Notes: generated from the sequence alone by a model not told the origin. Shown: positions 26,353 to 35,595, counted from the stretch's first letter. The stretch: 56,532 nt of DNA from Verrucomicrobiota bacterium (GCA_038209745.1 JBBQXJ010000023.1:1-56532); one strand, 5' to 3'. A program made the numbers and translations.

Positions 26353-29105
26353 ACCACCTCCTCGCGCGGTTAGTTGTCTGGATTGTCGCGGGGTTAACCT
26401 TCGCCGGATCGGCCGGCGCCGCTCCGCCCGGCGATTGGCTCCTCGATCCAAGCTTGGCCAAGGCCCGCGTCAGCCAGCTCGACGACGAAGTGGTCCTCGA
26501 AAACGGCCTCGTCCGCCGGACCATTCGGATCGCTCCCAATGCCGCCACCATCGGGCTCGATAACCTGATGACCGGGGCCAGCGTTCTGCGCGCGGTCGAG
26601 CCCGAAGCCCAGCTTACGCTGGACGGGCACACCTACGCGGTGGGCGGGCTCTACGGACAACGGGACCGCGCCTATCTGCTGCCCGAATGGATCAAAGGAC
26701 TGACCAACGATCCGGGTGCGTTCCAGTTCGTCGAAGCGAAGACCACCCCGGTGGCCACGCCGTTCGCGTGGAAGCGGACGCGACATTCCGCCGATCTCCC
26801 TTGGCCTCCCGCCGGTGCGGCCGTCGATCTGGTCTTCCGTGGTCCCGATGAAGCCACCCGCGGCTTGAGCGTCACGGTGCACCACGAAATCTATGACGGT
26901 GTGCCGGTCCTGGGAAAATGGCTCGTGGTCAGCAACGGCACGGACCACGTCGTCACCCTGGATCGGTTCACCAGCGAACGGCTCGCGGTGGTCGAAGCCG
27001 AGGCGGCGGTGGACGATCGGCCCGGCGTCAGTTGGCGAACGCCCGCGCTCGACGTGTTGAGCGACTACATGTTCCACGGCATGGACGTGGTGACCGGGAA
27101 CCAGGTGGCGTCTTGGCAGGCGGATCCGGCGTTCACCACCCAGGTCAGCTACGCCTACAAGACGCCCTGCCTATTGGTGGTGCAGCCGCCCATCGGTCCC
27201 GCCGCGAGGCTGGAACCCGGGCAGTCGTTCACCACTTTCCGCAGCTACGTCGTCGTGCATGATTCCACCGAGCGCGAGCGCCAGGGACTGACGCTCCGCC
27301 GCGTCACCAAGACGCTCGCGCCCTGGACGACGGAGAATCCGCTGATGATGCACGTCCGGAACGCCGACTCGAAGTCGTTCCGGCTGGCGGTGGACCAGTG
27401 CGCCGAGGTCGGCTTCGAGATGATCATCTACACCTTCGGCAGCGGACTGGAGATGGAGAACCAGTCGCCGGACTACCTTGCGAAGATCCGGGCCGACGTG
27501 GACTACGCCCATGCGAAGGGGATCCAGGTGGGAGCCTATTCGCTCTTCAGCAGCCGCCGGATCGACGACGCGAACGACGTCGTCAACCCCGCGACCGGCA
27601 AACCGGGTGGTGCGATCTTCGGCAACGCGCCCTGTTTCGGCAGCGCGTGGGGACAGAAGTATTTCCGCAGCCTGACCAACTTCATCGCCCGGACCGGGTT
27701 CGACCTGCTGGAGCACGACGGACCGTATCCCGGCGACCTCTGCGCCTCGACCCATCATCCCGGCCACCGCGGCGAAGCCGATTCCCAATGGGTCAACTGG
27801 CGCATGACCGCCGACCTCTACGCGTGGTGCCGCGAGCGGGGCGTCTATGTGAACCAGCCCGACTACTACTTCCTCGCCGGCGGCAGCAAGACCGGCATGG
27901 GCTATCGCGAGGACAACTGGTCGCTGCCCCGCGCCCAGCAGCTCATCCACGGCCGCCAGAACATCTACGACGGCACCTGGACCAAGCCGCAGACCGCCGG
28001 CTGGATGTTCGTCCCGTTGACCGAATACCACGGGGGCGGCGCGGCCGCGACCTTGGAGCCGCTCTCCGAACATCTCTCCGACTACGAGGACCATCTCGCC
28101 AACAATCTCGGCGCCGGCGTCCAGGCCTGTTGGCGCGGGCCGCGCCTCTACGACACCGACGCCACCCGCGATCTGGTGAAGCGCTGGGTCGCCTGGTTCA
28201 AAGCCCACCGCGACATCCTTGAATCGGACATCATCCACTGTCGTCGCGCGGACGGGCGCGATATCGACTATCTGCTCCACGTGAATCCGCGCCTCAAAGA
28301 ACGCGGCTTCGCCATGATCCACAATCCGCTGGATGAACCGGTCGAACGCACTGTCACCCTGCCGCTCTACTACACGGGCTTGACCGACTCCGTCCGCATC
28401 CGTGAACAGGACGGCGAGCTGCGCTCGTATCGATTGGATCGACAGCAACGAGCATCGGTCTCCGTCAAGATTCCCGCGAGGGGCCGGACCTGGCTCGTCG
28501 TCGAAGCCCCGGTGTTGAAATTCGAGGGCGCCTATCACGGCCAACATCCTGTAGGCATCGCCAGCAGGTTGAATGGGCGGCCTTCCTCGTTGCCTGTTTC
28601 GGATCCAGCGGGCACCCGCGCGCCGTGGGTCGAGCAGGATGTCCGGGTGGCGCCGTTCAACGACCTTGAAACTTCCCGCACCCCCATCGCCGCGCATGCG
28701 GAGGAATTGGGCGGCGGCTTCTCCATCGGAGCCTACGGAGGAAACGGCGCGCTGATGGACACGGTGAACGCGCACCGGGCAGTGGCCGACCACCACGATT
28801 GGTCCGCGTCCACCACCGGGGGCAATTCCGCGGCCAGCGCGGCCGGCGAAGCCGGTCAGGTGCTCGGCGACGGACCGCTCGCCCAGCTCGCGTTTTCCGC
28901 CGCGCCCTTCACCGATCAGAAGTCGTGGCTGGCCAGCGTCCGGGGCCGGGCCCTCATGCTCGAGCTGCTGCGTCGCCGGGTCTTCCTGAACCCGATGGGA
29001 ACGAGGCTCCATCTCTCGCTCGCCCACGATGACTCCGTCATCCGCGAGTTTGGTGGACGCCTGTCCGAGGCGCTCGTCGCCACATCCCCTCTGCGCAAAC
29101 CATGA
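26349..29105 (+). CDS. Secreted alpha-galactosidase-like (GH36/clan-D-like) protein with an in-frame C-terminal aminotransferase remnant
   Basis: GTGA overlap with the phnA stop; signal peptide; ENPLMMH, VGFEMII.TFGSG, LEHDGPYPGD.CAS, MGYRE.NWSLPR; the glycosidase-like part appears to end near TWLVVE (~28505). Confidence 0.72.
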   Translation: MNHLLARLVVWIVAGLTFAGSAGAAPPGDWLLDPSLAKARVSQLDDEVVLENGLVRRTIRIAPNAATIGLDNLMTGASVLRAVEPEAQLTLDGHTYAVGGLYGQRDRAYLLPEWIKGLTNDPGAFQFVEAKTTPVATPFAWKRTRHSADLPWPPAGAAVDLVFRGPDEATRGLSVTVHHEIYDGVPVLGKWLVVSNGTDHVVTLDRFTSERLAVVEAEAAVDDRPGVSWRTPALDVLSDYMFHGMDVVTGNQVASWQADPAFTTQVSYAYKTPCLLVVQPPIGPAARLEPGQSFTTFRSYVVVHDSTERERQGLTLRRVTKTLAPWTTENPLMMHVRNADSKSFRLAVDQCAEVGFEMIIYTFGSGLEMENQSPDYLAKIRADVDYAHAKGIQVGAYSLFSSRRIDDANDVVNPATGKPGGAIFGNAPCFGSAWGQKYFRSLTNFIARTGFDLLEHDGPYPGDLCASTHHPGHRGEADSQWVNWRMTADLYAWCRERGVYVNQPDYYFLAGGSKTGMGYREDNWSLPRAQQLIHGRQNIYDGTWTKPQTAGWMFVPLTEYHGGGAAATLEPLSEHLSDYEDHLANNLGAGVQACWRGPRLYDTDATRDLVKRWVAWFKAHRDILESDIIHCRRADGRDIDYLLHVNPRLKERGFAMIHNPLDEPVERTVTLPLYYTGLTDSVRIREQDGELRSYRLDRQQRASVSVKIPARGRTWLVVEAPVLKFEGAYHGQHPVGIASRLNGRPSSLPVSDPAGTRAPWVEQDVRVAPFNDLETSRTPIAAHAEELGGGFSIGAYGGNGALMDTVNAHRAVADHHDWSASTTGGNSAASAAGEAGQVLGDGPLAQLAFSAAPFTDQKSWLASVRGRALMLELLRRRVFLNPMGTRLHLSLAHDDSVIREFGGRLSEALVATSPLRKP
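28512..29105 (+). pseudogene. Internally deleted HemL-like class III aminotransferase remnant
   Basis: KFEGAYHG, APFNDLE, LGGGFSIGAYGG, STTGGN and LSLAHD present in order; N-terminus, EP, DEV and the PLP-lysine GK segment absent. Confidence 0.75.
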
Positions 29106-30517
29106 TGAATCTCCATAGCCTTGTGGCCGGGCAACCCGTGCGGACCTCCGACCTCCTGACCGTTGTCAGTCCCTACGACGGGGCTCCGGCGGGCACCGTG
29201 ACCCTGGCGGGCCGGGCCGAGACCGAGGCCGCCATTGCCGCCGCGCTCGCCTTCACCGCAACGCCGACCCGCTATCAACGTTCCGAGATCCTCGACCGCA
29301 CTCGGCTCGCGCTGGAAGCCAGCCGCGAGGACTTCGCCCGGTTGATCGTCGCGGAGTCGGGTCTTTGCCTCCGGGAAGGCCGCTATGAAGTGGGCCGCGC
29401 GTTGGACGTGTTGCGCTTCGCCGCGATCGAAGCGCTGCGCGACGACGGGCAGATCTTCTCCTGCGACGTGTCGCCACAGGGCAAGGCGCGCAAGATCTTC
29501 ACGACCCGAGAGCCGCTCCATTGCGTCGTGGCGATCACCCCGTTCAACCATCCGTTGAACCAGGTCGCCCACAAAGTCGCTCCGGCCATCGCCGCCGGCA
29601 CGCCGATCATCCTGAAGCCGTCGGAGAAGACGCCGCTGACCGCGCTGAAGTTCGCCGAGCTGCTCTATGCCGCCGGCCTGCCTCCGGCGATGTTGAGCGT
29701 CCTGCTTGGGCCGACCTCGGAGGTGGCCGAGGTGTTGGTGCAGCATCCGAAGGTCGATCTCGTGGCCTTCACCGGCAGCGTCGCGATCGGTAAACGCATC
29801 GCCGCCACGGCCGGCTACAAGAAGCTGGTGCTGGAACTCGGCGGCAATGATCCGTTGATCGTGCTGGACGATGCCGACATGGAGACGGCGGTCACGCTGG
29901 CGGCGGAAGGCAGCTTCCGGAATTCCGGCCAGCGCTGCACGGCGGTGAAGCGGATCCTCGTGCAGGACGGGATCGCGCCGGAGTTCACCCGGCGCTTCGT
30001 CGAGAGGGCCAAGGAGTATCTTTGCGGTGATCCGATGGACGAAGCGACCCGGGTTGGCACGGTGATCGACGAAGCGTCGGCGAAGCAGCTTGAAGCCGTC
30101 TTGTTGGAGGCGGTCGCGGCCGGGGCCAAGGTCCTGAGCGGTGGCCGGAGGGAAGGCGCTTTGCTCCATCCGACCGTCCTCGCCGACGTGCCGCGCGACT
30201 GCCGGATGGTGATGTGCGAGAGCTTCGGCCCGCTCGCCCCGATCCTTGCGGTGCGCGATCTCGACGACGCCATCGCCGTGGCGAACTCGACGGACTACGG
30301 GCTGAGCGCCGGCGTCGTCACGACGAACCTCCAGCATGCGTTGAAGGCCGTGAAGCAGCTGCGCTGCGGCACGGTGAACATCAACGAGGTGCCGGGCTTC
30401 CGCATCGAGAGCAGCCCTTTCGGCGGGATCAAGGACAGCGGTCTCGGTGTGAAGGAAGGCGTGGTCGAGGCGATGCGCGGCTACAGCTATGTGAAGACCT
30501 TCAGCCTGCCTTGGTGA
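29102..30517 (+). CDS. phnY: Phosphonoacetaldehyde dehydrogenase
   Basis: ALDH motifs ITPFNHPLNQV, KPSE, FTGS, LELGGND, NSGQRCTAVKR, ESFGP; DDGQIFSCD and terminal KTFSLPW typical of PhnY; operon context. Confidence 0.9.
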   Translation: MMNLHSLVAGQPVRTSDLLTVVSPYDGAPAGTVTLAGRAETEAAIAAALAFTATPTRYQRSEILDRTRLALEASREDFARLIVAESGLCLREGRYEVGRALDVLRFAAIEALRDDGQIFSCDVSPQGKARKIFTTREPLHCVVAITPFNHPLNQVAHKVAPAIAAGTPIILKPSEKTPLTALKFAELLYAAGLPPAMLSVLLGPTSEVAEVLVQHPKVDLVAFTGSVAIGKRIAATAGYKKLVLELGGNDPLIVLDDADMETAVTLAAEGSFRNSGQRCTAVKRILVQDGIAPEFTRRFVERAKEYLCGDPMDEATRVGTVIDEASAKQLEAVLLEAVAAGAKVLSGGRREGALLHPTVLADVPRDCRMVMCESFGPLAPILAVRDLDDAIAVANSTDYGLSAGVVTTNLQHALKAVKQLRCGTVNINEVPGFRIESSPFGGIKDSGLGVKEGVVEAMRGYSYVKTFSLPW

Positions 30518-30561
30518 TCTAGACGGACATCCCAATCCCGGCGAAAGCCCGCGTTGAATCC

Positions 30562-31815
30562 ATGAATCCTCACGACAAAGAATCCGCGATGGTCTCGCGG
30601 CCCCGCGCCTGGTTTTTGATCGGAACGTTGGTGATGGGCTATATCGGCATCTATCTGTGCCGGAAAAACCTGTCGGTGGCCGTGCCGCTGATCCAGACGG
30701 CCTTCGGCGTGGGCCGGGCGGAAGTCGGTATCGTGGCGTCGATCAGCACCCTCGCCTATCTCGCCGGAAAGATCCTGCTCTGCCCGTTGGTGGACCGCAT
30801 GGGCGGACGTCGGGGATTCCTCATATCCTTGATCCTCGTGGCGGTGTTCGGGGCGCTGGGCGCGCTGGCTCCGAGCCTCTTCGCGCTGACAGTGGTCTAC
30901 AGCTTGAACCGGTTCTTCGGAGCGGCTGGCTGGGGTTCAATGGTCAAGCTGGTGCCGGATTGGTTTCCGTCGAAGAGCATGGCCCTGGCAATGGGCGTTC
31001 TCAGCCTGAGCTTTGTCGTCGGCGGGGTGCTGGCGTCGACGTTGGCGGGAGTGATCGTGCGGCATTTCCACACGTGGCAGGCGGTCATGGGACTGCCGTC
31101 CGTGGTGCTGCTCGGACTCGTGGTGGTGGCGGCGTTCATCCTGCCAAAAGATGCACCCGAGCGAAAAAGCCTTGATCAGAAGACCGGTGCGAAGAGGTCG
31201 TTGAGCGGTTACTGGCGGCTCTTCCGGAACGGCCAGTTCCTCGTGGTCTGTGCCCTGAGCTTTACGCTCACGCTGATGCGGGAAACCTTCAACACGTGGA
31301 CGGTGGACTACCTCCACACGCTCGACCCGCATGGAAAAGTTTCCGACGCGGCCTTTCTTTCCACCTTGTTCGACGCGCTCGGGATCGTCGGCATCCTCGG
31401 GATGGGCTGGCTCTACGGACGGTTGGGTCCGGGCGCTCGGCGATGGACATTGTGCGGGATCATGCTGGCCGTGGGAGGGGTGTTGGCGTCTCTGCCGGCA
31501 GTGGGCGCGTATGGCGTCGGCTGGGCGGCGGTGGCCGTGGGCGCCGTGGGGTTGCTGGTCTACGGACCCTACAGCCTGCTGGCGGGAGTGCTGTCGGTGG
31601 AAGTGGAAGGCAAGGAGCGGGCGGCCACGGTGTCCGGACTCGTGGACGCGGCGGGTTATCTCGCCGGGGTGGTCTCGGGGTGGGGCTTCGGCCAATTGGT
31701 CGACACCTACGGATACAATACGGGGATGCGGGTCCTGGCCCTGCTCATGGCGCTGTCGGGCGGTCTCTGCCTGATGTTGTTTCGCAGAAAGCCGGACGAA
31801 GAGGCCGCCGCCTGA
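30562..31815 (+). CDS. MFS transporter, GlpT/UhpC (organophosphate:Pi antiporter)-like
   Basis: GYIGIYLCRKNLS TM1 motif, DRMGGRR, ~12 hydrophobic segments, AATVSGLVDAAGY. Confidence 0.82.
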   Translation: MNPHDKESAMVSRPRAWFLIGTLVMGYIGIYLCRKNLSVAVPLIQTAFGVGRAEVGIVASISTLAYLAGKILLCPLVDRMGGRRGFLISLILVAVFGALGALAPSLFALTVVYSLNRFFGAAGWGSMVKLVPDWFPSKSMALAMGVLSLSFVVGGVLASTLAGVIVRHFHTWQAVMGLPSVVLLGLVVVAAFILPKDAPERKSLDQKTGAKRSLSGYWRLFRNGQFLVVCALSFTLTLMRETFNTWTVDYLHTLDPHGKVSDAAFLSTLFDALGIVGILGMGWLYGRLGPGARRWTLCGIMLAVGGVLASLPAVGAYGVGWAAVAVGAVGLLVYGPYSLLAGVLSVEVEGKERAATVSGLVDAAGYLAGVVSGWGFGQLVDTYGYNTGMRVLALLMALSGGLCLMLFRRKPDEEAAA

Positions 31816-32217
31816 GAGCGGCTTTGCGTCGGATGCGGGCGGCGAGTTTCTGCATCGATCCGGTTGGACGGGAGAACCGCTGCTGACGGCGGCTTTCCGT
31901 CTTGTCCGGCAGCGGATTTGAGCAAGGTCCGGCAGAGCGGTTTTCTGGGAATGAATCCCGCCGGCGGGGATGGGTCAATGGCTGGATCGATTCGACCGGC
32001 TATCACGAGGGTCTTCCACCCAACAGGCGTGGAAATCTTCCGCCGTCCCATAGCCTCCGCGTCCCCGCAACCTTGGGTTGGATCAGGACGGGCGGTTGGC
32101 CCTCGTGCGCCTTGGGTTTGATTTTCTACTGGCTGGAAAGGGGTTCCAGCCCGATTGCACGGATGCTCTGAAATCCTCTTGGGCTGGTTCGTCGTCTTGG
32201 GGCAGGCTCTCTGGCTC

Positions 32218-35200
32218 ATGAGCGACGTGAAGCTCTCCGATCAATTTTTCCAGAAGACGGCCGGTTGGGAGGCCGTGAAGCAGGCGCGTAGTCTCGTGGA
32301 GCGCGGCAACGTGTTGTCGTCGAACTGGACGCCGCCGCTGCTGAAGGGCGTGGTGCAGGAGGGCGGCGCCAGCTATCGCGCGGGTCTGGTCATCAAGGGC
32401 GAGACCGATGTGGAGAACATCTGTTCCTGCCGGCAATCGCGGGAGTGGGGGACGATCTGCGCGCATTCGGTCGGGGTGGGGATCCATCATTTGAAGAAGC
32501 TGGCCGAGCCTCCGGCCAACGCGGCGGAGCAGGGGGGCAGGGTGGGTGGTGGGCAGGGGAAACCGGGAGCGAACTCGGTGCCGGTGAATCCGGCGCCCAG
32601 GCTGAAGCGCGGAGACGGGGGCGAGCCGGCGGAGCTGTTCTTCATTCTTCCTCCGAACCTGGGTGCGGCGCTGGAACGTGGGCGGGTGATGCTCTGTGTG
32701 GAGGCGAAGTGGGCGCGCGGCCGGGGACCGATCAACGGACTGCCATTGGAGAAGGTGTGGGATTTTTCCGACGAGGATCTGGCGCCTTTGGAGGTGCTGG
32801 AAGGGATCACCCGCGGCGAGCCACCGGGGATGATCCAGCTTACAGCGGCGGAGCTGGCCAAGGTATTGGATCGGCTGAAGAAGCATCCGCGCGTCGCCAT
32901 CGGACGGAACACCGAGCTGGAAGTGAGCGAGGAGCCGTATCGATTGAAGGTGAAGGCGACCTTGGAAGCGGACGGCCAGATCGTCGTGGGCCGGGCATCC
33001 CGCCCCGCCCAAGTGGCGTTTGTCGGGGCTTCATCGGGCGTGTCCGAAGGAAACTTACCGGGCAGGGATGCCCGGCCCACGGGGGCGTCTTGGATCTTCG
33101 CGGCGAATCGCTTTCAACCGATGGCCCTGCCAAACACGGTGGCGGACATCCTGGCGAAGCCGGTCGTGGTGTCGCGCGGGCGCGTGCCGCTGTTCCTCAT
33201 ACAAGAGTGGTCGGCGCTGGCGGCGGGCTGCGAGGTGGAGGCGAATTTCGAGCCGCAGGATTTCCAGTTCGATCCGCAACCTCCGAAGTTTCTGCTGCAC
33301 TTGGCCGGCGGTTTGGCGCAGCTCTCGGCGCAGCTGCAATGCGCCTACGGTCCCCGCATCATGACCCTCGGCGTGAGCGATCCGAACGAGTCGCTCTGGG
33401 TGGCGGATCCGGACAATGTGAAGCGGTATTCCACCCGGGATCTGGCGGCGGAACAGGCGGCGCTGACCCGGCTCACGAAATATGGTTTCCGTCCCGGCAA
33501 GGCGGCGGGCACCTACGAACTGGCGGGGCAGAACCAGGTGCTGACGTTCTTGGCGCGCGAACATCCGAAACTCGAGAAGGAGTGGAAGGTCACGCTGGAG
33601 GAGCGGCTGGAATTCAGCGCGAACAAAAACCTGGAGCGCATCGAACCGAAGTTCCAGATCACGCCGTCGGGCGTGCAGTGGTTCGATCTGGACATGTCGT
33701 TCGGGACCAAGGCGGGCGAGACGTTTTCGCAGGCGGACATCCAGCGGCTGCTGCTGGGCGGGCAGAGCCACACGCGGCTGAAGAACGGCAAGTTCGCGCT
33801 CATCGACACCGGTGCGGTGGAGGAATTGCAGGAGGTGCTGCTGGACTGCAATCCGCAGCAGACGGGCGCGGGCTACCGGATGAACGCCACGCAGGCGGGC
33901 TTCCTCGAGTCGACGCTGTCCGAGAACGGGTGGCAGGCCTCGGCCCCGACGGCCTGGAAGGAACGGGCGAAGACCCTGGCCGGCGAGGCGGTGCTGGCGT
34001 GTCCACCGCTCGGGAAGCTGGAAGACGTGCTGCGGCCCTATCAGAAGCACGGGGTCGGATGGATGCACTTTCTGCGAAACAACGGATTCGGCGGCATTCT
34101 TGCGGACGAGATGGGACTGGGGAAGACGCTGCAGGCATTGGCGTTCTTGAGTGCCGTAGGCCGGGCATCCCTGCCCGGAAAGTCGGTTTCGGAGAATCGG
34201 AGCGTGCTGAAATCCGAGAACGCCCACTTGCCGGGCAGGGATGCGCGGCCTGCGGGGGGGCGGCCCCACTTGGTGGTTTGCCCGACGTCGCTGGTGTTCA
34301 ACTGGGCGGCGGAGGCGGCGAAGTTCACCCCGGAACTGAAGGTCGTCACGCTGCAAGGTCCGGATCGACACAAACGTTTCGCGGAGATCGCGGACGCCGA
34401 CCTGGTGGTGACGAGCTATGCGCTGGTCCGGCGCGACGCGGAGCGCTACAGGGCCATCGAGTTCGACACGGTCGTCTTGGACGAAGCGCAGCACATCAAG
34501 AACCGGCAGACCCAGAACGCACAGGCGGTGAAGGCGATCCGGTCGCAGCATCGGCTGGTGCTGACCGGCACGCCGTTGGAGAACTCGGTCCTGGATCTGT
34601 GGAGCATCTTCGACTTCCTCATGCCGGGCTATCTCGGGACGGCGCAGGATTTCCGTGACCGCTACGAGCAACCGATCACCAAGACCCGGGATGCCGACGC
34701 GCAGGCGCGGTTGGCGCGGCGGCTGAAGCCGTTTTTGCTGCGCCGTCTCAAACGGGAAGTGGCAAAGGAACTGCCGGACAAGCTGGAGCAGATCTCGTTC
34801 TGCGACCTCTCCGACGAGCAGGCGCAGGTCTACAAGCAGGTGCTCGATGCGACGCGGCGCGAGGTCGTCATGGCCGTCGATCAAAACGGATTGGCGAAGA
34901 GCCGGATGGTCGTCCTCAGCGCGCTGCTGCGACTGAGGCAAATCTGTTGCGATCTTCGGTTGTTGAAACTGGAGGAACCCGTAGGGCCGACATCCATGCC
35001 CGGCGAGTCCGTGTCGGAGAATCGGAACGTTCCGAAATTGGAGGACGCCCAATTGCCGGGCAGGGATGCCCGGCCTGCAACGCCGGCGCCTTCCGGCAAG
35101 CTGGAGATGTTCTCGGAACTTTTGGAGGAGGTCGTCGACGGTGAACACCGCGTGCTCGTCTTCAGCCAGTTCGTCGGAATGCTCACCCTGTTGCGCGAGC

Positions 35201-35595
35201 GGTTGGAGGCGGACGGGATCGAGTATTGTTACCTCGACGGCTCGACCAAGGATCGCGGCGAGGCCGTCAGGGGATTCCAAACCGGGAAAGCACCGGTCTT
35301 CCTCATTTCGCTCAAAGCGGGCGGCGTCGGCTTGAACCTCACGGGGGCGGACACGGTCATCCATTTCGACCCTTGGTGGAACCCGGCAGTGGAAGATCAG
35401 GCCACGGACCGGGCGCACCGCATCGGACAGACTCGGGTCGTCACCAGCTACAAGTTGATCACCCGGGGAACGATCGAGGAGAAGATCCTCCAGTTGCAGA
35501 AGAAGAAGCGGGACATCATCGCCGCGACTTTGACCGGCGAGGAAGCTCTGACCGGCAGCTTGAATTGGGCGGAAATCCAGGACCTTTTGGGCTGA
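32218..35595 (+). CDS. SWIM Zn-finger SNF2-family helicase with three in-frame REP-derived insertions
   Basis: CSC..ICAH SWIM; LADEMGLGKT, DEAQ, LTGTPLEN, VFSQF, SLKAGG.GLNL, WWNPA.EDQA.DRAHRIGQ. Confidence 0.92.
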   Translation: MSDVKLSDQFFQKTAGWEAVKQARSLVERGNVLSSNWTPPLLKGVVQEGGASYRAGLVIKGETDVENICSCRQSREWGTICAHSVGVGIHHLKKLAEPPANAAEQGGRVGGGQGKPGANSVPVNPAPRLKRGDGGEPAELFFILPPNLGAALERGRVMLCVEAKWARGRGPINGLPLEKVWDFSDEDLAPLEVLEGITRGEPPGMIQLTAAELAKVLDRLKKHPRVAIGRNTELEVSEEPYRLKVKATLEADGQIVVGRASRPAQVAFVGASSGVSEGNLPGRDARPTGASWIFAANRFQPMALPNTVADILAKPVVVSRGRVPLFLIQEWSALAAGCEVEANFEPQDFQFDPQPPKFLLHLAGGLAQLSAQLQCAYGPRIMTLGVSDPNESLWVADPDNVKRYSTRDLAAEQAALTRLTKYGFRPGKAAGTYELAGQNQVLTFLAREHPKLEKEWKVTLEERLEFSANKNLERIEPKFQITPSGVQWFDLDMSFGTKAGETFSQADIQRLLLGGQSHTRLKNGKFALIDTGAVEELQEVLLDCNPQQTGAGYRMNATQAGFLESTLSENGWQASAPTAWKERAKTLAGEAVLACPPLGKLEDVLRPYQKHGVGWMHFLRNNGFGGILADEMGLGKTLQALAFLSAVGRASLPGKSVSENRSVLKSENAHLPGRDARPAGGRPHLVVCPTSLVFNWAAEAAKFTPELKVVTLQGPDRHKRFAEIADADLVVTSYALVRRDAERYRAIEFDTVVLDEAQHIKNRQTQNAQAVKAIRSQHRLVLTGTPLENSVLDLWSIFDFLMPGYLGTAQDFRDRYEQPITKTRDADAQARLARRLKPFLLRRLKREVAKELPDKLEQISFCDLSDEQAQVYKQVLDATRREVVMAVDQNGLAKSRMVVLSALLRLRQICCDLRLLKLEEPVGPTSMPGESVSENRNVPKLEDAQLPGRDARPATPAPSGKLEMFSELLEEVVDGEHRVLVFSQFVGMLTLLRERLEADGIEYCYLDGSTKDRGEAVRGFQTGKAPVFLISLKAGGVGLNLTGADTVIHFDPWWNPAVEDQATDRAHRIGQTRVVTSYKLITRGTIEEKILQLQKKKRDIIAATLTGEEALTGSLNWAEIQDLLG
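32986..33080. repeat. REP doublet 1, in frame in the SNF2 gene
   Basis: GTGGGCCGGGCATCCCGCCCCGC ... CCGGGCAGGGATGCCCGGCCCAC; encodes VGRASRPA...LPGRDARPT. Confidence 0.88.
34156..34253. repeat. REP doublet 2, in frame in the SNF2 gene
   Basis: GTAGGCCGGGCATCCCTGCCCGG + 52-bp spacer + CCGGGCAGGGATGCGCGGCCTGC; encodes VGRASLPG...LPGRDARPA. Confidence 0.92.
34981..35078. repeat. REP doublet 3, in frame in the SNF2 gene
   Basis: GTAGGGCCGACATCCATGCCCGG + 52-bp spacer homologous to doublet 2 + CCGGGCAGGGATGCCCGGCCTGC. Confidence 0.9.

Noticed and set aside
19289..26451. Very long minus-strand ORFs (985 aa and 1026 aa), and similar ones at 33055-35418 and 41348-43117
   Set aside because: Antisense shadows of well-supported genes in high-GC DNA, with no recognisable motifs.
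32986..35078. Inteins or introns as the source of the SNF2 insertions
   Set aside because: Far too short, no Cys/Ser...His-Asn intein ends or intron hallmarks; the DNA is palindromic and REP-like.
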